Virus record (IMG/VR): IMGVR_UViG_3300044695_003432
Span: 1 to 64,000 of that record
DNA length: 64,000 nt
Source of the DNA: a virus
Strand: one strand, 5' to 3'
The position numbers were made by a program, and so were the translations under genes. Position 1 is the stretch's first letter, and every line of letters begins with the position of its first letter. The notes beneath the pieces were generated by a model. That model was not told the origin of the DNA. It made no database searches and saw only the letters and a list, made by a program, of their open reading frames with translations. Shown here in pieces: positions 46,434-55,200 of this stretch.

Positions 46434-46673
46434 CTAGTGGAGCTGTTCGGCGGAGTAGTGTACGCCGATCATCGAAGCGGATACGACGAGATCAAAGGCA
46501 AATGTACAGATGAGAGGGTCGGGACAGTCGAGACGGAACCGGATTTCTTCTATGGCCTTTGCCTTTGAAGGGGCCCTGATACCATCGAACACCAGGGATA
46601 CTTGCGGATCGCTCGGTCGGGGCTTGTCCTTTGGACCAGCGAAGTATGCGACGCGGACGGAATAGCTTTTCAT
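46434..46673 (-). CDS. Hypothetical early protein
   Basis: Bounded by repeats. Confidence 0.7.
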   Translation of the reverse strand: MKSYSVRVAYFAGPKDKPRPSDPQVSLVFDGIRAPSKAKAIEEIRFRLDCPDPLICTFAFDLVVSASMIGVHYSAEQLH

Positions 46674-46756
46674 CGGGTGCCCTTTCAAAGGCTCCGGCAC
46701 AATCGCCGGAGGAATCGACCCGCAAGCGGTTACGCTAGCGGATCGGGTTGATTGGT

Positions 46757-47332
46757 CTAGAACTCTTCACCCTCTTCGGTGTACCGTTCTTCGTCTTGGT
46801 CGAGATACTCCAGGATGCCTGCCTCGGAGATTCGGTACTCCAAGTCATCCTCACAGATTCGCATGATCCGATCGGCTGCCCAATCGAATCCTCGGGAAAG
46901 GGTTTCACCGGATCGGATGGCGTCTAGGACAGCTTCGATAACGTCATCATCGAAGCAGACGCCAGACAGGCCACAGATACCGGGAAACTTTCCATCCTTC
47001 AACTGGTCTGGAGTGTAACCCTTGGGACGGAGGCATTCCCAGAACCATTCTTCGACCTTCTCTCCGGTATCGGAGAGGGTATCAATCTCATCATCCCCCA
47101 AGAAGGATTGGCGGAGGCTACACCGATTCCCGCGATTGTACGGGCCGATGCTCCAATCGCTCAGGGTAACGCACAAGGCATCGGCGAGCTTCTTCAGAGA
47201 ATCAATACACTCGGAGAGGGTGAAGTTATCGTCATCCCCGCCAATGTCCTCGGCGATATCGGCGATAACCCGATCCTGAGACTTTTCTGACAGCTCAGAG
47301 AATGAATACAGCTCGGTCTCTTGCGTTCTCAT
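46757..47332 (-). CDS. Highly acidic early protein
   Basis: Bounded by repeats; LYSFSELSEKSQ...YTEEGEEF. Confidence 0.75.
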   Translation of the reverse strand: MRTQETELYSFSELSEKSQDRVIADIAEDIGGDDDNFTLSECIDSLKKLADALCVTLSDWSIGPYNRGNRCSLRQSFLGDDEIDTLSDTGEKVEEWFWECLRPKGYTPDQLKDGKFPGICGLSGVCFDDDVIEAVLDAIRSGETLSRGFDWAADRIMRICEDDLEYRISEAGILEYLDQDEERYTEEGEEF

Positions 47333-47410
47333 CTTTGACCCTTTCAAAGGTTTCCTAGCGACATGCTAGGGAATCGATCCGGTAGCCTTTCAGCTACGGG
47401 ATCGGGTGAA

Positions 47411-47611
47411 TCATTCGTAATCGTGCCAGTCTCGGACTTCCCCACGCGTCTGAAGTCTCCAGTTCATATCGGGCTCGGCATCGCGGTATGCCTGCAAAGT
47501 TTTCAGTAGATACGGAAGTCTATGGGGCAGATCGGACTCGTGGACTGTCCAGCGAGAATCGACGGTGAACCAACCAGGGCCGGACGACACTAAACGGAAG
47601 TTATTCGGCAT
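47411..47611 (-). CDS. Hypothetical early protein
   Basis: Bounded by repeats. Confidence 0.65.
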   Translation of the reverse strand: MPNNFRLVSSGPGWFTVDSRWTVHESDLPHRLPYLLKTLQAYRDAEPDMNWRLQTRGEVRDWHDYE

Positions 47612-47687
47612 TGTGTTCCCTTTCAAAGGTCCGGCGGTATTGCCGGAGAATCGATCCAGCATCCTTTCGGATGCCGGATCGGATGGA

Positions 47688-47945
47688 TCATTCGTCGTCC
47701 TCTTCAAGCAGATACACAATCCCACAATGTTTGCATGTCGGCAGGGGATGCCCGATCGGAGGCACGATCCTAGGGGCGGGTTCATGTCGGCAGTTGTCGA
47801 TATCGTACAGTTGATCCTTCAGCTCTTGGGCATTGTTCTCGATCTCTTCGATCTCTTCCTGAGAGAATCGATATCTCAGGGATGCCCGATCCGAGAGGAT
47901 GGATTCGATCTCTTCGATGCGTTCGGCGAGCTGTTCGCGTGTCAT
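47688..47945 (-). CDS. First early gene of phage B, acidic coil plus CxxC
   Basis: GAAAGGG RBS; CKHC. Confidence 0.65.
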   Translation of the reverse strand: MTREQLAERIEEIESILSDRASLRYRFSQEEIEEIENNAQELKDQLYDIDNCRHEPAPRIVPPIGHPLPTCKHCGIVYLLEEDDE

Positions 47946-48069
47946 GTGTTTCCCTTTCAAAGGAATGAGTGAAAACCCCGCACGCGGTTTCCCGCATGCA
48001 GGGCGTTTAGGTTTCGGTTTCACTTGTCAGAGAAGGGGATTCGGGCCGTTGCCCGTCTCCGATGAGTGA

Positions 48070-48098
48070 AGTATCGGCTATACGAGAAGGAAAGACAA
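48070..48098 (-). promoter_or_regulatory. Sigma70-like early promoter of phage B
   Basis: TTGTCT-17-GATACT upstream of the cassette array. Confidence 0.5.
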
Positions 48099-48605
48099 TC
48101 GGCTTGTTTGCGGATTCGGAAAGATTGTGTCTAAGGGGCTGAAAAACAGGGGCTTGCGTTTAGATGGTTTTCTGGTAGGATCGGGAGAGATTGGAGCGAT
48201 ACCGATGGAATGGATGATTGAATGGGTGTTTGGGTATGGGCCGATTGTGTTTGCTGGGGTCGTGGTCGGCTGGTGGCTGAGAGACAGGGAAGAGAGACGA
48301 AAAGCCCCAGTCACGAAAACTGGGGCAAGGGTTGAATGATCGTTCAAGGAACAGAGGCACGATGCTCGATCGCTCCAGCGGATTGAAAGTCTGCAACGGG
48401 TGGCGTGATTCGCTGCACTATCGGCAGGGCTTGTGTCCGCACACGTGCCGATGCTCGCGGATGCGGTCGCTCGGGCGGGCTCGGGCAGGCTCGCGGCCCC
48501 ACCCCCACGGGGGGAATCCGCCTGGCCCGCTAAACGATACCCTCTGAAAAGTTTCTGCTAGAAAAGCGGACCTAGGGATTTCTCCCCAGATCGCCTATAA
48601 CGCCA

Positions 48606-48845
48606 TTAGACCGCATTAGAGCCATTCCTAGACCGGGTGGACCCTTGGGTATCCCCAACCCCTAGAACGCCTCCTGAGCCATCTAATGCCCTCCCAGACC
48701 CATCCACACACGAGTTCATCTCCCCAACGGTTCCTATCCTTCTCAGAGCCTCTCTCGCAACCGTTTGAACCCCCTCGCATCCCATCCTAGCCACCCTCTG
48801 GAGGGCATCCTCGGCTATGAGCAGGCGGGATCGGTCATCCATCAC
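48606..48845 (-). CDS. Hypothetical protein
   Basis: Coupled to the upstream gene after terL. Confidence 0.45.
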   Translation of the reverse strand: MMDDRSRLLIAEDALQRVARMGCEGVQTVAREALRRIGTVGEMNSCVDGSGRALDGSGGVLGVGDTQGSTRSRNGSNAV

Positions 48846-49102
48846 TTCCTCCCTCTGCGTCTCGTCTGCGTCTTTCCTGCGTCCACCTCTGCGTCCACCT
48901 CTGCGTCCACCTCTGCGTCCACCTCTGCGTCCCCCTTCACAACCCCGTCCACCCCTCCCTCTCCATCTCCTCCTCCATCTCCGCCAACATCTCGTCCAGG
49001 TTCATCACCTCCACCCTTCACCTCCTCCCCCTTGGGGGGTTCAGCCTGAGCGACGTACATCTGCTTGATCGAGTCCCAATAGTTGATTAGCGAGTGATCC
49101 AT
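48842..49102 (-). CDS. Low-complexity acidic protein with DAEV repeats
   Basis: AGGAG RBS; 12-bp tandem repeat. Confidence 0.5.
   Translation of the reverse strand: MDHSLINYWDSIKQMYVAQAEPPKGEEVKGGGDEPGRDVGGDGGGDGEGGVDGVVKGDAEVDAEVDAEVDAEVDAGKTQTRRRGRK
48877..48931. repeat. 12-bp tandem repeat CTGCGTCCACCT, about 4.5 copies
   Basis: Read directly. Confidence 0.9.
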
Positions 49103-50778
49103 GAGTGGTGCTTTCTGGGCTCCTTGGCCCCTACCTGAAACTTGAGGAACTTGTCCATCTCCATCTTCCACACCCGATCCTTTGCTCGGGCGTTCTCCTC
49201 CTCGGTCTTCTGACTCATCACCTCGGTCCAGGATTGAACCGCGATGGCGACGGCTTCAAGCCGGTCATCGTGAGCCAGACACCCTGCCATCTTGCGGATG
49301 TGGGTGAGCTGGTAGAAGAGCTGGTAGGTCTTAGCGACCTCTGAGGGGTAGCTGGCGGTGGACTTGTAATCCCGCTCGATGAGAGCGGCGTTGACGATCA
49401 TCTTGTGAGACTCGATGATCGGACCAAGGGTGTCGATCATGCGGGCCTCTTTGTTGCCCTTGGACCAGGGAGCATCCTCTACGGAGCAGAGTTGATTCCC
49501 TCTGACTGCCGCTTGGAGCATCTTGGTGAACATGCCTCCGCCGTAGTTAGGCTCGCAGAAGATCCGGTTCACCTTGTACCGCTTGGCGATGGAGGCAAGG
49601 CGGGTGAGGGTGGTGTCTGAGAAACCCTCAAGGAACCCCCCAGCATCGAGGAGGAACATCTGCCCATGCAGATACCCCACAACCCCGTATGCGGTCTCGT
49701 CCTTACCCCGGCCTGACGGATCTACTCCCATGTGAATCCCCACGAAGGGGAGCCTGAGAGCGTCCTTGAGAGCCACACCGCGGTACGGCCTGTCTCCCCT
49801 GAACCCCACCAGATTGACGTTCTTGATCTCCTGGTCTGGGTCGTTGTTCCAGGCCACCCGTTCCGGGATGTCCCCGGTGTCGAAGTCGTAGAAGCAGAGG
49901 TCTCTGTACCGGAAGGGGTACATCTCTGCATCCTGCATCTTCGGGTTCAGCATGAACTGAAGACCGAAGGTGGCACGGCCAATCGAGGACTCGATCTCCT
50001 GGAGCTTGGTCTCGGGGAAGCGGGTGGGCTCTGTAGGCTTGCCCTCTAGGGTGGGGTCTTTCTCCAAGTCCTTGAGCAGGTCTTCAGAGATGTCCCCATC
50101 CACCGCTTCGATGTCAGCCTTGCTGGGATACCGAGCGGTCCAGACGGTCTTCTTGTACCCTCGCTTCTCCAGCTCGGCGTACAGGGTCTCCTCGGTCTGG
50201 GGAGTACCGAGGTAGCAGATCCTCCCCGTCTCCGGCTTGGCGATCATCTCGAACTCTTTGACCTTCTCTGCGATCTTCTCTCGCATGAGGACGGTCTCTG
50301 AGTTCTCCGGGGTCTCGATGTCGTCGGGGATGATGAGATCGGCACGGAAGCCGGTAATCATGCCCGTGATCGGACGGGAGTACACAGAGGGGAACTGGCC
50401 TGACTTCACACAACCGACATCGAAGGCAATGGCGGAGTCTCGCTGACCGGGGTTCGGTCGGAGAGGCTCCAGCACATCCATCCCCTGAATCAACATCCGG
50501 GAAAACTTGGAGAACTCATCCGCTCGGCGGGCACCGCCTGAGCAGACGAGGATGTTCCACGAAGGGTTCCAGTACAGGAACCAAGGCACCGCACAGCCGG
50601 TGATGATCGACTTACCAATCCCGCGGGGGGCCTCGATGATCTGACGCTCGGGACCGTGTTGGATCTTGTGAGCGATCGAGTACTGGAGGGGGGTGGGGGA
50701 AGGGAGACCGAGATGCTTGAAGGCGAGGTAGAGGAAGTTCCGAAAGTCCCGCAGGGCGGGGTCGGGGGTGTAGTTCAT
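49087..50778 (-). CDS. Terminase large subunit (T7 gp19-like)
   Basis: DFRNFL, APRGIGKS, RADLIIPDDIE, LGTPQTE, VDPSGRGKDETAY, HDDRLEA. Confidence 0.96.
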   Translation of the reverse strand: MNYTPDPALRDFRNFLYLAFKHLGLPSPTPLQYSIAHKIQHGPERQIIEAPRGIGKSIITGCAVPWFLYWNPSWNILVCSGGARRADEFSKFSRMLIQGMDVLEPLRPNPGQRDSAIAFDVGCVKSGQFPSVYSRPITGMITGFRADLIIPDDIETPENSETVLMREKIAEKVKEFEMIAKPETGRICYLGTPQTEETLYAELEKRGYKKTVWTARYPSKADIEAVDGDISEDLLKDLEKDPTLEGKPTEPTRFPETKLQEIESSIGRATFGLQFMLNPKMQDAEMYPFRYRDLCFYDFDTGDIPERVAWNNDPDQEIKNVNLVGFRGDRPYRGVALKDALRLPFVGIHMGVDPSGRGKDETAYGVVGYLHGQMFLLDAGGFLEGFSDTTLTRLASIAKRYKVNRIFCEPNYGGGMFTKMLQAAVRGNQLCSVEDAPWSKGNKEARMIDTLGPIIESHKMIVNAALIERDYKSTASYPSEVAKTYQLFYQLTHIRKMAGCLAHDDRLEAVAIAVQSWTEVMSQKTEEENARAKDRVWKMEMDKFLKFQVGAKEPRKHHSWITR

Positions 50779-51728
50779 GGTTTCTTCAGAAGCAGACCGT
50801 CTCCGTAGCCTTCGGATTCACCCGCACGGATGCAGTTGAAGGACCCGGTGGCTTTGGCTTTGGCGTCTCGGAGTTTCCTCCACCAGGCCCAGGTGAAGTT
50901 GAATGGGGTGTTCAGGGTGAATCCGGGGACACCGTTGGCGACTCTCTCAGAGAGATACCCGAAGTCCCACGCCACCACTCGCTCACCCGTCTCCGCTGCG
51001 GCATCGACCATGAAGGACCACTGACGGTCATCCACAAGCCGATACTTCCAGTTGTCGTTGGTTGGGTGGTACTGAGGGCTGAGCAGGATGTACCGCTTGG
51101 CGTTGGGGTTCAACCGGCGGGACTCGTTCACCGGCCCGAGCATCCTGGTCTTCCATTGCTCGTTGGTGTGGGAGTCTGAGTAGTGGTTGTAGAACGGGTA
51201 GCACTGGATGTAGTGCGAGTCGAGGTACTGCCCCAGCCGTGCGTAGGTGTAGTCGTTCGCGGTGCGGTACTGGATCATCTCGGCCCCGCTGGCCTGGATC
51301 GGGAGCCAGTAGGGGTTGTAGAAGCAGTCGTACATCCCCAGCTCACACGATGTCGGAGCGTTGGCTCGGAACACGTCGATGAGGGTCTTGATGTACGCAC
51401 AGTCCTCGTCGATGTTGGCGTTCGAGGCGTTCTGCCCGTAGCCGTTGACGGAGGTGGGCATGGAGGACTGCTGGACGATGCGGACATTCCCGCCTCGGTT
51501 GATCTCCTCTACGTCAAGGCAGACCTTGGTGCCGGGGGGAATGGCTCGGCAGTAGGAGGCCCAGTGAGCAGCGTCATAGACACCCGTGCTGTAGTCTCCG
51601 TCCGGGGAGTTGACGGACGGCTGATACCACTGGCGGATCAGCACCACCACCGGATCGACTCCCTGCCTTACACAGTCGGGGAAGGTGGGCCGACCATCGG
51701 CGTAGCCGAAGATGTTGCAGTAGATCAT
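50775..51728 (-). CDS. Putative TIM-barrel glycoside hydrolase (GH56/hyaluronidase-like)
   Basis: CLDVEE, LGMYD, ANDY...LDSHYIQCYP; homologue of 19237-20043. Confidence 0.55.
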   Translation of the reverse strand: MIYCNIFGYADGRPTFPDCVRQGVDPVVVLIRQWYQPSVNSPDGDYSTGVYDAAHWASYCRAIPPGTKVCLDVEEINRGGNVRIVQQSSMPTSVNGYGQNASNANIDEDCAYIKTLIDVFRANAPTSCELGMYDCFYNPYWLPIQASGAEMIQYRTANDYTYARLGQYLDSHYIQCYPFYNHYSDSHTNEQWKTRMLGPVNESRRLNPNAKRYILLSPQYHPTNDNWKYRLVDDRQWSFMVDAAAETGERVVAWDFGYLSERVANGVPGFTLNTPFNFTWAWWRKLRDAKAKATGSFNCIRAGESEGYGDGLLLKKP

Positions 51729-51946
51729 GCGGTCTTCTGATTCTCTTGGAAGGGGAGGTTCTCGGCGAGCTTCAGGATGGGGGAGTTCTTCTGACCGGCT
51801 TGGATGCCGTGGTCATGCAGGAGCTTCCGCATCCGCTCTTTGTCCTGCGGGGATGCCTCACCGCTCTCCAGGAGCTTGAGGTCTGACTCGATCAGAGTGG
51901 TCATCATCTGAGCGAGCATGTCTTTATCACTGGGCATGGCCTGCAC
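51725..51946 (-). CDS. Terminase small subunit (gp18-like)
   Basis: SGEASPQD...RKLLHDHGI...LAENLPF. Confidence 0.8.
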   Translation of the reverse strand: MQAMPSDKDMLAQMMTTLIESDLKLLESGEASPQDKERMRKLLHDHGIQAGQKNSPILKLAENLPFQENQKTA

Positions 51947-52217
51947 TCACAAGGGAGAGGATCTTGAGGATCGTCGCTGAGTTGAGGATGAAGGTGAGGA
52001 CGGCGAGACCCCCGAGGCCCATGTAGAGGTGCTTCTTCAGGTGGTCGATCTCGCCCCTCTGCTCTCGGGCTTGGGTCTGGATTGAATCAAGGAGTTTGCC
52101 ATTCATGGTTTCGCGTTCCTCGGCACGCTCGATGAACTGGTCGAGCTTGCCGGTCAGGAGTCCGATCTTTTCGCAAAGCTCGGCCACTACGGATTGGTCG
52201 GGCATGGGGGTTTCCAA
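51927..52217 (-). CDS. Holin-like membrane protein
   Basis: Coiled N-terminus, C-terminal TM segment; T7 gp17.5 position. Confidence 0.55.
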   Translation of the reverse strand: METPMPDQSVVAELCEKIGLLTGKLDQFIERAEERETMNGKLLDSIQTQAREQRGEIDHLKKHLYMGLGGLAVLTFILNSATILKILSLVSAGHAQ

Positions 52218-52222
52218 TGGGG

Positions 52223-52256
52223 TGAAGAGACACCCCCGCGGTTAGGCGGGGGTGGC
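52223..52256 (-). terminator. Probable intrinsic terminator
   Basis: CACCCCCGC-CTAACC-GCGGGGGTG-TCTCTT. Confidence 0.6.
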
Positions 52257-52260
52257 TTGA

Positions 52261-55200
52261 TTAGCGACCAGAGTTCTTGAGCAGCTTGTTCACCTCTTCG
52301 GAGGAGGTGAGCCCGCTCTCAAGCAGGGCGTCGATGTTGAGACCGCTGGAGGCAGCTTTCAGCTTGGCGGCATCGGGCATCACGGATTGGCCCGTTGTCG
52401 TTCTGAAGTGCTCCTCGGTCATGGCGAGGGCGGTGAGCTTGTACTTCTCGTAGATGGATCGGAGAGCCTGCACCCGGTAGTTGTACGAGTCGCCTCCCTT
52501 GTAGGGGAGAGCGGTGCTCTTGTACTGCGGGGTGTTGATGAGCTTCTCAAGAGCCTCATCCACGAGGGCCTTGGACCCATCCGGCATGGGGAGCTGGACT
52601 CTGCCAAGAGTCTCTCGCCAGTAGTCGAGATAGGTCTGACCGCTCTTGTCACGGTAACTGCGGAGGTTGATACCAGGGCCGTACATCTCCTCGGGGGGAG
52701 TGAGCACGGTTCCGGTGGCAACGAGTTCCTTCATCACGGGGGTCTGAGAGATGGGTCCGCTTTGGAACGGAGAGACCACATCGGCAACACGGTTATGGCC
52801 GGTGATGAGGTTCCACGGAGCCGCTCCCCGCATCCCGGTCGTCACTCGACCGAAGATGTCTCGGGCGGGGTCGGAGAACTCAGACCAACCAGGGACACGG
52901 TTGCGGATGGCACCGAGCATCCCATCGGTCTCTCGCTTCTGACCATCGAACGCAACCGCCACGTCACGGACGATGCCGGGAACGATGGAGCCTGCGTAGG
53001 AGTTCAGAGCCTTCTCCACTTGGCCGGGGGAACCCTCCAGAAGGGAGAAGAGATTGGAGAGGCCGGTGAGGAAGGTGTCGTTACTGAGCTGGCTTTGGAA
53101 GACCAGCAGCATCTTCTCGGCGATGGTCCCCCGTTCGTTCTCGTCCGTCGCCACATCGAGGGTCTCCATCATGTCTGCGATAGCCATGAGGGGACGGCTG
53201 ATGGGGGAGTAACGGTTGAGCGGGTAGACCCTTCCGTTGATGATGAGGGAGTTGGGAACCCAGCCGGTGTCCATGAGAGCCTTGCGGGTCTGAGGCTCCG
53301 TGGGACCGGAGCCAGTCAGGTTGCCCGAGGCGTACAGAGACACCGCGGGCAGAGCAAGCATCGTGGACATCACGAGCTCCCCCTTCGCATGTGCCCGCGT
53401 GAGCGGATCAGGCGAAGAGAGGCGTGCTCGGAACTGCTTACCGGCCTCAGAGGGCCGGAGGTAGTTGAAGCCCAGAGTCATGTTGGCACCGTCCGTCAAG
53501 AGGTTCGACGGGGTGCGGAGGAAGGGGACGAAGAGACGGAGGACAGGAGCCTTCTCTCGGGTCTTCTCAAGCGATCGAGCGAGGCTCCCGTTGAGAAGGT
53601 CGGAGGTCCACGTTGCCGCAGCGGCTTCGTCTACGCCGCCTTGGAACAGGAAGGTCTTTCCATCGGCGGTCTTCGAGGCCGTCCCGTCGATGCCGTAGGC
53701 AACCTTGAGGTAATACTTCTGGAACTCCTCTGCCTTGTCCCCGGAGATTCCGAGGAGGCGGGCATCGGCGTTGGCCTGCGTCTTCACCCAAGCCTGGTAC
53801 GAGACGTTCTTGAACCACTCGTCAGAGGTGTTGAGTACAATACTCGGGCCTCGGGCCAACTTGCCAAGGATGCCGGGGAGAACCGGCTCATGCTCTCCAA
53901 GGGAGTGCTGAGAGAGAATCGGCCTCTCTTTCTTCCAAGCCCGCGTGGCGTTCTGAACCGCTCGACTGTTGAGCTTGAGGGACTCGAAGGAAGTTTCAAG
54001 AAGGTTTCGGAAGTGGTTGGAGACGAGTTTTAACTGCTGAGGATCACCCTCGTTGATCGCCCCAAGGGCTTCCTTGAGGGGGCGAAGGACGAGCATGTTG
54101 AGCCCGGTACTGAGCGGGTTGTGGTTGATGGTCTTGACACTGGAGAGCAGACCGTTCTGCCACACTTCAAGAGCTGCCTTGCCCACCTTGCCCGCGATGC
54201 CCCAGAAGTTCTCAACTGCTTGGGCGGCTTCGGACGGGCCGAGGCCTGCACGGAAGACCGCTTCGGCGTACTTCGCCTGGGCTTTGAGGACTTCAGGGCT
54301 GGCCTTGACCACATCGAGATGGGCCTTGGCCTCGGCGAGGATCTCCTCGAGCTGGCGGAGCTGGGTTGCTTGGGCGGTGGTGGGGGTTCCTTTGACTTCA
54401 GCGAGGAGTGCGGCCTTGGCGGATTCAGCGGACTCGACCATATCCATTGCCCGTTGGAGAACGGGGTGGAAGGTAGTGCCCGCTTCTTGAGCAGCCTTGG
54501 CGACCTTCTCCGCAGCCGGGTCGGCTTGACCTGCGGCTTTGGTGGAGGTGATGCGATCCCGCTCGACGCCGAGGCGACGGAAGACCTCATCGAGGGCTTC
54601 TGACTCCTTGGTGAGGTGTTCGACATCGTTGATCTGGAGGGCTCGACCGACAACTCGGTTCAGAGCCTTCCGCTCAACGGTGGCGTCGATCATCCCGTTC
54701 AGGAACTCCGCACTCATCTTCATGTCGCCCTTACCTGCCATGCGGGTTGCAAGGAGGCCGTTGGCGACGACTTTGGCGTTGGCACGAGCGACCAGGGCAG
54801 GGAGCTTCTCGCCGACGCTTGCCCAGTTGTCCTGAAGGAACTTGAGCTGGGTGGGGTCGTCGATGAGTTCCACCACGTCCTTCCACGTCTGGTCGTTGGA
54901 CTGGTTGATGCCAGCGACGACGGAGGCGGCTTGGTTGGTGGTGGAGTCGATCGCCTTGTGGAGCTCGTCGATCGAGGGGGTGCCTCCGAGGGTTCGGAGG
55001 TTGGTGTGTTCAAGGGTGGCGAGGGCGATTGCGTCCGAGGGGATGGCACCTTCGGACATGAGGGCTTGGACGGTGGAGACGGCGGGGGGAGGAGTGGGGG
55101 CTGAGGCGGCGGGGGGAGGAGTGGGGGCTGGGGCGGCGGACTGACCAAGTTCCGCTGGCCCACGACGAGCTTGGCCACTGACCAAGCTCGACTGAGCGTT

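Larger units (their letters stand above)
44744..48010 (-). repeat. Eight structured intergenic repeats, one before each early gene
   Basis: Units at 44744-44822, 45678-45755, 46086-46164, 46300-46433, 46674-46756, 47333-47410, 47612-47687 and 47946-48010; consensus CGATCC-hairpin-GG(A/G)TCG-ATTC-hairpin-CCTTTGAAAGGG-N6-ATG. Confidence 0.92.

Noticed and set aside
44744-48010. CRISPR array or classical integron
   Set aside because: The spacers are whole genes of 135-855 bp and the repeats vary. No cas gene or integron integrase is present, and no RYYYAAC/GTTRRRY attC cores were seen.
55081-55140. G-rich tandem repeat as a regulatory or G-quadruplex element
   Set aside because: Explained by the coding Pro/Ala linker APTPPPA repeated twice.
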